From assembly GCA_038321985.1 (NCBI GenBank), contig JBBQFN010000013.1, positions 1 to 64,000 on the forward strand: a stretch of DNA of 64,000 nucleotides, written 5' to 3'. The number at the start of each line of letters is the position of its first letter. Within the stretch, counting starts at the first letter, position 1. Below, one piece after another: positions 52,374-62,800 of the stretch. Origin of the DNA: Cyanophyceae cyanobacterium. Its GTDB lineage: Bacteria > Cyanobacteriota > Cyanobacteriia > Cyanobacteriales > Laspinemataceae. The translations under genes were made by a program, and so were the position numbers. Under the pieces are notes generated by a model, which did not search any database, was not told where the DNA came from, and was given only the letters and a program-made list of their open reading frames with translations.

Positions 52374-52472
52374 ATAGCACATCTAAATTATTAGCTTAAT
52401 CGGAAATAGGTCAACCTGAACCCAGGTCAAAGCCCCGTCCCGGAAGTATCCAAATTTATTTAGATGTGCTAT
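52374..52472. mobile_element. MITE-like element, 99 bp
   Basis: Perfect 15-bp terminal inverted repeats ATAGCACATCTAAAT / ATTTAGATGTGCTAT around a 69-bp core. Confidence 0.6.
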
Positions 52473-52538
52473 TGTGACCTTAGCCGCGGTCCCTGAGAGG
52501 GTCCAAGGGTAGTTTCGCTCTTTAATTATTTCAGCGAT

Positions 52539-52569
52539 CGCTAACCCCAATCAATAATTGAGGTTAGCG
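52539..52569. terminator. Hairpin between convergent genes
   Basis: CGCTAACCCCAAT-loop-ATTGAGGTTAGCG. Confidence 0.5.
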
Positions 52570-52661
52570 GTAGTTAGACTAAATTTCCCACCAGATGTAC
52601 CGTATAGGTGCATCTAGTGTGATTCACGAATGGTGAGAAGATCGCAGCTTTAGCAGCTTGC

Positions 52662-52934
52662 TTACCACCACTTACGATTCCCGTCTTCATCGGTTCGTGC
52701 TTGTCGAATAACATCGGAAATTTCTTCGGCATCTTTGACATGATGAAGAGCTTCTTGATTGCCCTCTTCATCTTCCACGATAAAATAGGTAGGAACCTGA
52801 ATATGGTCTCCGGTAATATCTGGAGAATCTACGGCCAACTGTTTAGATTTCTCTTCAATGCTTTGGGGTTCATCGGCAATGCGATCGCCAGGATTAGCCG
52901 TTCTTCTTTTGTCAATACTCTTGTAGTCGCTCAT
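52662..52934 (-). CDS. Small acidic hypothetical protein, 90 aa
   Basis: GAGG RBS before the ATG; protein-like composition (DITGDHIQVPTYF, LHHVKDAEEISDVIRQAR). Confidence 0.8.
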   Translation of the reverse strand: MSDYKSIDKRRTANPGDRIADEPQSIEEKSKQLAVDSPDITGDHIQVPTYFIVEDEEGNQEALHHVKDAEEISDVIRQARTDEDGNRKWW

Positions 52935-53928
52935 AAAACCTCTTTGTTTTGTTCTGTTTACTGGATTATCTAGGTAAAAAAGAGTGGAAAATTTTCACAA
53001 ATCTGGGAAAAATTTTGAAAAGGGAGTGAAAAAATAGCCCCTTTCACTTTTAAACTTAGCTCCCCTAACGGGGGAAAGTTCCTTTTCAATCGGAGACTCT
53101 CTCGGCTAAGGATTCGTGGGGAAATAGGGTGATATCACTTGAAATAGTTAGAATGCACCGACCCTTTACGCTCATTGTTAAATGATTAGATTAAGGCCCT
53201 AAAATGCCTTCTGGTGGCTGAATCCTCCGAAAATGACTATAATCTAATCCTATCTAGTAGCTAGGAAATTTTCATCTTTCTAAGGTTACATTTTTTGCTT
53301 TTACTCGCAAGTAAAGGTAGTCAAAGATTTGAAAAAAAAAGTGGTGAGACTACATGAGATAGATAACTTATCTCACTCCGGAGATAGACAAGCGCCCCCC
53401 AAACTCTCAGGGAATAGTCCCAATTCGGAGTGATAATTCGGGCTAAATTCTAAAACCTCCCCCCGCGCGACTTCCTAGTACAAAAGTACAAAAAGCTAAG
53501 TACGGGCTGCAAACTAGATAAAACCCCGTTTAAAGTTCCTACTGGGGTGCTATATACCTCATTTGACCGGCTGCTCCCTATCAGGAAATCACCCGGGTTA
53601 TTAAATGAACAGGGTCCCAAGGGTTTATACTCAATCTGATTTTCCCAAGTCCTTAGAGGGAGCTTTAGCAGCGAAATAGATTGGAGGCTGGATACCCTTG
53701 GATTCAGATGTTTCTACTCCCCAAAAAAAAACAAGCCCCTTAATTGAAAGGGGCCTCTATGAGGTCCCCGGCTGAGGATACCCAATTGACTCTACTCTGT
53801 GGCGATTCAAAAAAGGCGGCTGTTCCCTTTTGGTTACCCATAAGGGTTCCGCTCAAAAGGGATGCTGGTCGGACTCAGGTGACAATCGCAGTGTGTTGAG
53901 CGTATTGAAAAAAGGGCTGTGGTTTCAG

Positions 53929-54153
53929 TTACAACGAGGATTGAGAAAAGCAAAATTTGTCAAGTAGAGTATTGCCCGTTTGAAAAATTCCCGGGGTTCT
54001 GCTCTGGCAAAAAGCAGATTCCAATGGCTGATCGCTAGTTTGCGGCAGTTCCGGAAACTCGAAGGATACCGCAAAATTGGCTAACACTAAACATATGGCT
54101 AGACTAAAGAAGGCTCGGCACTTTCGCAGCTCTTTATCGAGTTCATCTACCAT
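53929..54153 (-). CDS. Small hypothetical protein with one hydrophobic segment
   Basis: GGGAG RBS upstream of the ATG; hydrophobic stretch FFSLAICLVLANFAV. Confidence 0.55.
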   Translation of the reverse strand: MVDELDKELRKCRAFFSLAICLVLANFAVSFEFPELPQTSDQPLESAFCQSRTPGIFQTGNTLLDKFCFSQSSL

Positions 54154-54650
54154 GATTCTAGCTCCCTAACTGTTCTAATCCTTATAAAACACGCTCTACC
54201 GTGAACGATTGAGGAATGGGCCTTGTTTAGCCGCCAGAAGGCGGGGTCATAGATCCCACTTAATACATTATGCAAATTTTTCTATAAATTTGATACTACA
54301 GAAAATATATCCTTAATTTATCGCCAAATCCTCTCCCTTTGGGATGAAATATTATAGAAACCTCTTTGGGGAAGGCAGAGGGGGAGACGAACCCCGGAAA
54401 CCCTTTGTGAGTAAACAGTGGAGCCGCTACCCGTTCCCGATCGCCCATAGAAAGAATACCTTACCCCCTAGAGGGTCGATCCCAAGTGCTGGGGCTAAGA
54501 AACCGGGTCGTAATCCCCGTGGGGATCAATTCACTCCTTTTTTTCACCAATAGTTCGGAGCCTATCCCCCTACCATGGCGGGAGTAATCCAAATTGGGTA
54601 GACGCTACAAAATCAACCTTCTAATCCTACTTTTTCTCCATTGCACACAG

Positions 54651-54687
54651 CAAAAAAGCCTGAAGAATGAACGGCTACCCTTCAGGC
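54651..54687 (-). terminator. Rho-independent terminator, minus strand
   Basis: GCCTGAAG...CTTCAGGC followed by TTTTTT on the minus strand. Confidence 0.6.
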
Positions 54688-54973
54688 ACTATGCTAATCT
54701 AAAATGATTGGTCTCGATTTTCGGGATGAATTAGGGCAGGTTGACTAACTTGAGAGTCAAATTTCCCACACTTTAGGGGCAATGATTCCAGGATATTTAA
54801 AGGGCTTATAGAGGGTTTTCGGTAATGAATTGACTTATCTGATAATCAAGCTAGTATCTTGCTCGCTCAGGTTAAGGGGCTAACTAGAAATGCTACCCTC
54901 TAAGCTGATGCCAACGCCCGCCTTTAAGACTGGAGCTCAATCTACCGAATACCGCTATTTTTATGGGGAATGA

Positions 54974-55531
54974 CTATCTTCCACTTCTGGAGCTATTGGG
55001 TCCGCGACGATTTCCTGATTCATTCCGATTATTGCCCCCAGGGTTCTGGTTGTTTTGGCGATGCTGTTGCATCAATTGGGCAAACTGCTGCCGTTGTTCT
55101 GGGGTGAGGATGTTGCGGATTGCTAACATTTGCTCGAACTGCATTTCTCCAATTTGTTGCCGCGCCCGCAGAATTTGATTGTGTTGATTCCGCAGGTCTC
55201 TATCGCTGGTACTACCCGTCATCATTTCCCTCATGCGCTCCATACTTTGACGTATTTCCTCGTGATTAGCTTGCATTTCAGGTTCGTAGCGTTCGCGAAT
55301 AGTTTGGATTTCTTGCTGTTGTTCAGATGTAAGATTTAATTGTTCGAGCCAGCCCTTTTTTCCGGCCCATTGATCGCCCCCTCTAGAACCCCGGCCCGGA
55401 TTGTTTGGCCCTGGGTTTTGGGTAAGGGTTTGCTCTTCCCAGGTGGGAAGCGGTGCGGCATAGGTGGCCGTGGTAGTTCCCAGGGCAAGCATTAACGCAG
55501 CTAACAGAGAAAAACGAGAATTAAACATCAT
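54974..55531 (-). CDS. Spy/CpxP family periplasmic chaperone
   Basis: Signal peptide and two LTxxQ motifs (LNLTSEQ, ILTPEQ). Confidence 0.9.
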   Translation of the reverse strand: MMFNSRFSLLAALMLALGTTTATYAAPLPTWEEQTLTQNPGPNNPGRGSRGGDQWAGKKGWLEQLNLTSEQQQEIQTIRERYEPEMQANHEEIRQSMERMREMMTGSTSDRDLRNQHNQILRARQQIGEMQFEQMLAIRNILTPEQRQQFAQLMQQHRQNNQNPGGNNRNESGNRRGPNSSRSGR

Positions 55532-55579
55532 TAAAGCCTCACTTAGTTTGCAATAAATTATGGAGTTATAGGTAAAACA

Positions 55580-55607
55580 TTAAACACAATCGAGTCTGTA
55601 AATGTTC
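55580..55607 (-). promoter_or_regulatory. Putative ECF sigma promoter for spy/cpxP
   Basis: Minus strand GAACAT-N16-GTTTAA. Confidence 0.6.
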
Positions 55608-55689
55608 CCTATTTTTTGTAAACTCTTCAGGTTTAGAAACCTTATTTTGGTTTATTTAAATCCTAAATAAAGTTGCTAATTTTTAACTG

Positions 55690-56046
55690 TTAGGGATTCC
55701 CTTCTTCGGGAAGAAGCCAATTAGGGGAAGAATCCAGCATTTTATCTTCTAATACACCATTCCAGGTATATTCCATGAAGGCTTCTATTTGAGCTAATTC
55801 GGGGGCAGAAGAGGAAGAGGGTTGCCAGGGTTTCATCCCAAAAAAAGCGAGGGCGAAACTCCCCGCAATTGAGGGGAAAATTAGCCAGAGAAGTCGATGT
55901 GATTTTCGTCTGGTCGCCCGGGCGTGATCGCCGGCTACGGCTGCTAAAATTCGCTCCTCTAACTGCGGGGATGCCGGGGGAATTTCCGGACGGTATTGAT
56001 GTAAAAAATCTACGAGACAGTCGGGTTTTTCTGGGTGTTGATTCAT
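55690..56046 (-). CDS. Putative membrane anti-sigma factor
   Basis: Overlaps the sigma stop codon (ATGA); LVDFLHQYRP..P..LEERI N-terminus; single TM helix. Confidence 0.75.
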   Translation of the reverse strand: MNQHPEKPDCLVDFLHQYRPEIPPASPQLEERILAAVAGDHARATRRKSHRLLWLIFPSIAGSFALAFFGMKPWQPSSSSAPELAQIEAFMEYTWNGVLEDKMLDSSPNWLLPEEGNP

Positions 56047-56684
56047 AGTTGCACTCCTTCTGATTCCAGAAATTTTCGCATAGATGCTCGGGCATGAAAC
56101 AAGCGGGATTTCACCGTTCCTACGGGGATGTTCATAATTTGCGCGACCTCCTTTTGTGGGAGATCTTCGAGATCGTGAAGGACTAACACCGCACGATGCT
56201 CGAAACTCAAACCTTCAAGTCCGCGTTGCACTAAATCTTGATAATGTAAGTGCATCCAATCGGGGGTCTGGGACTGGGGAGGGCAGTCGCTGCTGGTGCC
56301 CTCTTGTAACAATGCCTTGGACCGCTGGTGTTGCACCTGTTCTTTGGCAAAACCTTGGCGGCGATCCGTAGCTACATTCCAGGTAATCCGATACAGCCAA
56401 GTTGAGAAGTGGGCGGGTTGCCGGAGTTTCGGCAATCCTTTCCATACTTTTAAAAAAACCTCCTGTACCAAATCGTCGATTTCCGTTGCACCACAGAGTT
56501 GGTATAGGGTTGAGCGCACTCGATGTTGATAGCGCCGGTAGAGCTGACCAAAACAGTCCTGGGACAAGAAGCGATCGCCGACGGGGGAATCCCTTTTTTG
56601 ACAACACTTTATCAGGTCCGAATCTGATGGCTCCTTTGTAATGACCTTTGCTGACACGGTGAACACCTGTGGCTTTTTCCTCAA
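56043..56684 (-). CDS. sigH: ECF (group 4) RNA polymerase sigma factor, SigH-like
   Basis: DDLVQEVFLKVW, FSTWLYRI..N, EVAQIMNIPVGTVKSRLFHAR. Gene order sigma/anti-sigma/Spy matches cyanobacterial sigH loci. Confidence 0.8.
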   Translation of the reverse strand: MRKKPQVFTVSAKVITKEPSDSDLIKCCQKRDSPVGDRFLSQDCFGQLYRRYQHRVRSTLYQLCGATEIDDLVQEVFLKVWKGLPKLRQPAHFSTWLYRITWNVATDRRQGFAKEQVQHQRSKALLQEGTSSDCPPQSQTPDWMHLHYQDLVQRGLEGLSFEHRAVLVLHDLEDLPQKEVAQIMNIPVGTVKSRLFHARASMRKFLESEGVQL

Positions 56685-56705
56685 GGATTCTGGAATTCTG
56701 AAGGT

Positions 56706-56733
56706 TTAGACCCCGGGGTAAAATTAAAGGTTC
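56706..56733 (-). promoter_or_regulatory. Putative autoregulatory ECF promoter
   Basis: Minus strand GAACCT-N16-GTCTAA immediately upstream of the sigma gene. Confidence 0.7.
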
Positions 56734-57087
56734 ACACAGGTGAGGATATTTAGGTAGACTGGGGAATTCGGAGGGTCAGGAGGGGCTGGGAATCACCCTG
56801 GACATGAGGAGCCCGGGAATGTCTGTAATCTGAGTCCGAACCCCCGATTAGGGAGTGGGTGTGTATCCGTAGCATTTTTGGGAACCCCCGAATAACTGCA
56901 CTCCGGGTGGGGGACCAAATTTTTTACAACTGCGTCTAATTGACTTGAATTAAACAGCTTGTGTAAAAATTTAAATAAGGGCGGTTTCATGGAGAATTCT
57001 GAGCTAAACTAGACAGAGCAAAGAAATATTTTAATAAAAAATTAACGGTTAGAGTGACTGGGTAACTAGGACCGGAGGATCACACGG

Positions 57088-59517
57088 ATGATATTTGTGC
57101 TTAAAAAACTCTATGGTAAAAAAGAAATCCAGTCCGCAATCGACGGATGCGTAAAGGCTCTGGATAGCCCAATCTCCCTTCTGGATGCAGAAGGGGGAGT
57201 CATTATGGGTGAGATGGAAGCAAGTTTCAGTAAATACCCGGTTGTGGTAAATGGGGAGTTGATCGGGTGGGTTTGTGGAGGAGAAAAAGTCTCCGCGATC
57301 GCTTCAATGATTTCTTGTTTAGCAACTCAGGAGGTGGAAAAAAAAGCGTTAGCGAAAGAAGTTTTAGGGAAGTATCGAGAGCTAACGCTTCTTTATAACA
57401 TTTCTGAAAAAATTATTGGTAGTTTAGATATCAAAGAAGTGGCTTCGATTGTGCTAGAAGAAGCCCAACGATGCATTCAAGCCAGTAGTGGGGCCGTGAT
57501 GTTGTGGAAGGAAGGGAGCGATCGCCTAGAGGCGATCGCCTCATTTGGTCCGTCAGGAGGCGACCTCAGCGATTTAGTCCAGAGTACAATCGTGGTAAAT
57601 CGGTTTGTGGAGACGGGACGAGCAGAAATTTTCAACGATATTTTATCCGATATATCCTCCTTAGCAGGTCAAAATAGAGGACAACCCGACGATATGGCCT
57701 CCTTGATGTGTGTCCCCCTGAAGACTAAAGAAAAAATCATTGGGGCCATCTTGATCGCCAAGGTCGAATCCGTAGGCTATACTTCGGAAGACTTAAAATT
57801 GCTGGCCGCTTTAGCTTCCCAGGCCGCTAGCGCGATCGCAGCTTTAGCCCACGAAAACAAACTCAAAGAAAGCCGCAGACAGGCTATTTTATTTCGGTTA
57901 GCAACTCAGATCCGGCAGTCCCTGGAACTGAGCACTATTTTAGAAACGGCAGTAACAGAAATTCGCAACCTGTTACGGGTGGACCGCTGCTTGTTTGCCT
58001 GGTATAAACCCGGAAAGTCAGACATTAGCTTCTGGAACTCAACCGAACTGAGTGATCACCCCCTAGAACATTGCTCAGAAAAGTCGTTACGACCTCCTCA
58101 GGTTCACCTGGCTCACTTAACCCTACATACCTCGGACTATTGGCAAGTGATCAACGAAGCTAAACATCCCGCGTTGCTGAGTCTTTTAGGAGACTACGCC
58201 ACGAGTGAAGTGGGGGGATTAGCGTCTAAACTATTGCAGATGGAGATTGTGCGGGTGGATGATGTCAGCGAATTAAGCGATTCAGTGATGCGGCAGTTTT
58301 TTTTAAAACAAGATGTCACCTCAATTTTGGCGGTTCCCATTGAGACGAGACTGGGAAAAATAGGGTTTGTGGCCTGTGCTAACAGTAACAAAATTCGGCC
58401 TTGGAATGATGATGAAATCGAACTGTTAGAAGCAGTGGGCAATCAACTGGCGATCGCCATTGATCAAGCGGAACTGTATCAACAAAGTCTCCACAGCGCC
58501 CAAGTTGCCCGAGAAAAAGCCGTAGAACTTGAAAAAACTCTGCTGGAATTACAGCAAACTGAGGCTCAATTGGTACAGAGCGAAAAAATGTCTGGACTCG
58601 GACAAATGGTGGCAGGAATTGCTCATGAAATTAATAACCCGGTTAATTTCATTCATGGGAACCTCGTTCATGTCAATAGCTATACTTTAGAACTCTTAAC
58701 GGTTTTAAATTTGTATCAAAAATACTATCCCGAACCGATACCGGAATTGGAAGAGGCGATCTTAGAAATGGACGTCGAGTTTCTGATGGACGACTTACCA
58801 AAATTGCTCGCCAGTATGAAGGTAGGAACCGAGCGAATCCGGGGGATCGTGCAAAGTCTGCGAATCTTCTCTCGGGTCGATGAATCAGACATGAAGCGAG
58901 CCAACATTCAAGACGGAATTGACAGTACCTTAATGATTTTACAACACCGCTTAAATGCTCAAGCGGGACGGCCTCCAATCCAACTGGTTTATGAATATGG
59001 GGATCTTCCTCCAGTTGAGTGCTATCCAGGGCAACTGAATCAAGTTTTTATGAACCTGATCTCCAATGCGATCGATGCCCTGGAAGATGCAATGACCCCG
59101 GCGACTAAAGGCAAGGTTCAGACATTACCAACCCTATGGATTCGCACGGAACGGGTTGATTTTTCCGACTTCGATGGCGACTCCCGGGAAAATCCCGATT
59201 CTAATCGGGTTCGGATCACCATCGGCGACAACGGGAGTGGGATGACGGATACCGTACGCCGGCGACTTTTTGATCCATTTTTCACCACTAAAGCTGTTGG
59301 GAAAGGTACGGGTCTGGGTTTGTCTATTAGCTATCAGATTGTCGTCGAGAAACACCGAGGAAAATTAGAGTGCATTTCTCAAGCGGGTCAAGGAGCCGAA
59401 TTTATCATTGAATTGCCAATTTCCCAATCCCAAAGCCTAGGTAGTGCCAGTTCCCTTGAGGGGAATGCAGTCGCGGTGGACCCTCAAACTGTCATCCATC
59501 ATATCCAAAATTGCTAA
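57088..59517 (+). CDS. GAF-domain sensor histidine kinase
   Basis: Two GAF regions, [48 protein letters not shown]. Confidence 0.93.
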   Translation: MIFVLKKLYGKKEIQSAIDGCVKALDSPISLLDAEGGVIMGEMEASFSKYPVVVNGELIGWVCGGEKVSAIASMISCLATQEVEKKALAKEVLGKYRELTLLYNISEKIIGSLDIKEVASIVLEEAQRCIQASSGAVMLWKEGSDRLEAIASFGPSGGDLSDLVQSTIVVNRFVETGRAEIFNDILSDISSLAGQNRGQPDDMASLMCVPLKTKEKIIGAILIAKVESVGYTSEDLKLLAALASQAASAIAALAHENKLKESRRQAILFRLATQIRQSLELSTILETAVTEIRNLLRVDRCLFAWYKPGKSDISFWNSTELSDHPLEHCSEKSLRPPQVHLAHLTLHTSDYWQVINEAKHPALLSLLGDYATSEVGGLASKLLQMEIVRVDDVSELSDSVMRQFFLKQDVTSILAVPIETRLGKIGFVACANSNKIRPWNDDEIELLEAVGNQLAIAIDQAELYQQSLHSAQVAREKAVELEKTLLELQQTEAQLVQSEKMSGLGQMVAGIAHEINNPVNFIHGNLVHVNSYTLELLTVLNLYQKYYPEPIPELEEAILEMDVEFLMDDLPKLLASMKVGTERIRGIVQSLRIFSRVDESDMKRANIQDGIDSTLMILQHRLNAQAGRPPIQLVYEYGDLPPVECYPGQLNQVFMNLISNAIDALEDAMTPATKGKVQTLPTLWIRTERVDFSDFDGDSRENPDSNRVRITIGDNGSGMTDTVRRRLFDPFFTTKAVGKGTGLGLSISYQIVVEKHRGKLECISQAGQGAEFIIELPISQSQSLGSASSLEGNAVAVDPQTVIHHIQNC

Positions 59518-59807
59518 AAGTGTTCTATTGGTTTATAGTAAAAGCTATGCGTCGCCAAAATTTCAGGGGTAAAGCATCTAAAAGTTCCCTCATGAGTGGT
59601 GAAACTCGCAGACTGTTCAGAGGCGCTAATCTACAAGGTGACATTTTATTAGTTCGGTGGTTCCGTCCCGTTTAAGGGGCGACTGCTTTTGCTATCAAAA
59701 CAGTGAAATTAGGGGCGATCGCGTCCCATGTTGAAGAGCAGCAAGCGGCGGACCAACGTTTCCAAAAGCGATCGTCTAAATTATTCTGCTAAAATTACTC
59801 AATTTCA

Positions 59808-62800
59808 ATGACTAATCCAAAAATTTCTCTCTCCATTCCCGGTTATAAAATTTCCGAAGAAATTCAAGCTGGAAGCAAAAACCTGATCTATCGAGCAATT
59901 CGTCGATCCGATCAAAAACCCGTTATTTTAAAAGCCCTAGCCTCGGAATATCCGAGCCTTGAAGAACTAGCCCGATTAAAGCATGAATACGAAATTACCC
60001 GGAACTTAAACATCCCTCGCCTGATTAAACCCTGTGCGATCGAACCGATTCAAAATAGCTTGATGCTAGTATTTGATGATGAAGGGGGTCAGTCCCTCAA
60101 ACAAGTTCTACTCACCCAAAAACTAGGGATAGAGAATTTTTTTAAAATTGCCATCCAGTTAACAGAAACCCTGGGAGAACTGCACCAAGAGCAAATTGTT
60201 CACAAAGATATTAAACCTTCAAATATCATTATTCTGAATCCTTCTCAATCCCTGAGCGTTAGAATTACCGATTTTAGTATTGCTACGCGCCTCTCCCGAG
60301 AAACCCAAACCGTCAACCACCATCCCACTCTCCTCGAAGGAACCCTTGCCTATATGTCCCCGGAACAAACCGGGCGGATGAACCGTTGTTTAGACTATCG
60401 CACCGACTTCTATTCATTGGGCATTACATTTTATGAAATGCTTGCGGGTCAATTGCCCTTTGAAGCAGAAGACCCGTTAGAATTAATTCACTCTCACATT
60501 GCCAAACAACCGGTATCTCTACAAGACTTAGTGCCGGAAGTTCCCTCATCTGTGAGCGAAATTGTCATGAAATTAATGGCAAAAACCGCCGAAGACCGCT
60601 ATCAAAGTGCTTACGGAATTAAAGCCGATTTAGAATATTGTCTAACCCATTTAACCGATATTGAAACCTTATCTCATTTCACCCCGGGACAATGGGATAA
60701 AAGCGGTAGATTTGTGCTTTCTCAAAGACTTTACGGACGCGATCGCGAAGTAGCGAGCCTGCTGGAAGCCTTTAACCGAATTTCCTCCGTTTCCCCGAAT
60801 TATCAACCTGATTTTTCGGGTGAATCGGTTACTCAAGGAACTCCAGAACTAATTTTAATTGCTGGGTATTCGGGAATTGGTAAAACCAGTATTGTCCATG
60901 AAGTTCATAAACCCATCGTTCGCCAACGGGGTTATTTTATCTCCGGAAAATTCGATCAGTTTAAGCGAGATATTCCTTACGCTTCTCTGATTCAAGCCTT
61001 CCAGTCCTTAATTCGGCAACTGCTAACAGAACCTCCTGAACAAATTGCTCAATGGCAACAAAAACTATTAGAAGCCGTGGGCGATAGCGGTGAAATGATT
61101 ATCGATGTGATTCCCGAAGTGGAATCCATCATTGGTAAGCAGCCTTCGATTTCTCCATTAGGACCCAGCGAGGCTCAAAATCGATTTAATCGAGTTTTTA
61201 AACAGTTCATTCATGTTTTTACTCAACCCGCACACCCCCTTGTTGTCTTTCTTGATGATTTGCAGTGGGCAGATGCTGCTTCATTAAAACTGCTAGAACT
61301 GCTGATGACCGATGCTGAAAGTCATCATTTGTTAATGATTGGGGCTTATCGGGATAATGAAGTCAGTCCCACCCATCCCTTTATGCTCACGGTTGAGGAA
61401 ATTGAAAAGATGGGAGCTAAAGTAACGACCATTGAGCTGGAACCCCTGGGGGTAACTCACGTCACTGAGTTGATTTCCGATAGCTTTAGTTGTAGCCTAG
61501 AACGAGCGCAACCCTTAGCTGATTTGGTGTTTAAAAAAACCCAGGGAAATCCATTTTTCCTGACCCAGTTGTTGAAGTCTCTCCACCGAGATAATTTACT
61601 TTCCTTTGACTTCAACCAAGGGCTTTGGGAGTGGAATATTGAGCGCATCCGGAGTATTGGAATTACTGAAAATGTGGTTGAGTTAATGGTCGGTAAGATT
61701 CGCCAATTTAGCGAAAATGCCCAGGATGCCTTAAAATTGGCTGCCTGTATTGGTAACCGTTTCGATCTGAATATCCTGGCGATCGTCCGAGAGCGATCGC
61801 CCTCTTTAACTGCTGGGGATTTGTGGGAAGCCTTACAAGAAGGATTGGTATTACCCTTAAGCGAAGCCTATAAAATCCCCACGGTTTCAGAGAACCTCGA
61901 CGGCATTGAAGTCAGTTACCAATTCTTACATGATCGGGTTCAACAAGCGGCCTATTCTCTGATTCCTGATGTCCAAAAAAAAGCGGTTCACCTGAAAATT
62001 GGACAGCTTCTCCTCCACAATACACCGGAAGCCGAACTAGAGGAAAAAATATTCGATATAGTTAACCATTTGAATATTGGCGTCCAATTAATCAAAGGGT
62101 CCGAGGAAAAAACTAGACTGGCCAAACTCAATGCGATCGCCGGGAAAAAATCCAAAGCCTCCAATGCCTACCACAGTGCGATCGTTCACTTTAGCCTAGG
62201 CATGGACCTGTTAGAGACAAACTCTTGGGACACCCATTATGACCTCACCTTTTTCTTGCACCGAGAACTGGGAGAATCTCAATATTTAGTCGGAAATTTT
62301 GACCAAGCCGAAAGCCTATTTAACCGGGCCTTATCTCAAGCAAAATCCCGCTTTGAACGGGCCCAAATCTATTCCATCTATATCGCCGCTTGCATGACCA
62401 AAGGAGACAATTATTATCAAGCCATGCAATTAGGCATCGAAGGATTAAAAGATTTTGGGCTTAATTTTCCCAGTCAGGAAGCGGATTTACCTGCTGCGGT
62501 TATAGCCGAACAGGAGACCGTGCAGACCCTACTCATCGGTCAAAATATCGCCGATTTATTGAACGTTCCGGAAATGACCGACCCGGATAAAAAGGTGGCG
62601 ATGAATCTGCTGGTTAATTCCTGGACGGCGACCTATTTTGCCAATAGTCCATATTGGCTGGCATTAATGGGATTAAAAATGGTCAGCCTCACTTTAGACT
62701 ATGGACCCGTGGATACCTCCGCCTTTGGTTATGTCGTCTATGGCATGATTTTAGCCGGTCATCAGGACTATCAATCGGCTTATCAATTTGGAGATTTAGC

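Noticed and set aside
59547..59675. 42-codon ORF with faint pentapeptide-like words (QNFRG, GANLQG)
   Set aside because: No clear RBS and too little periodicity to call a gene or pseudogene.
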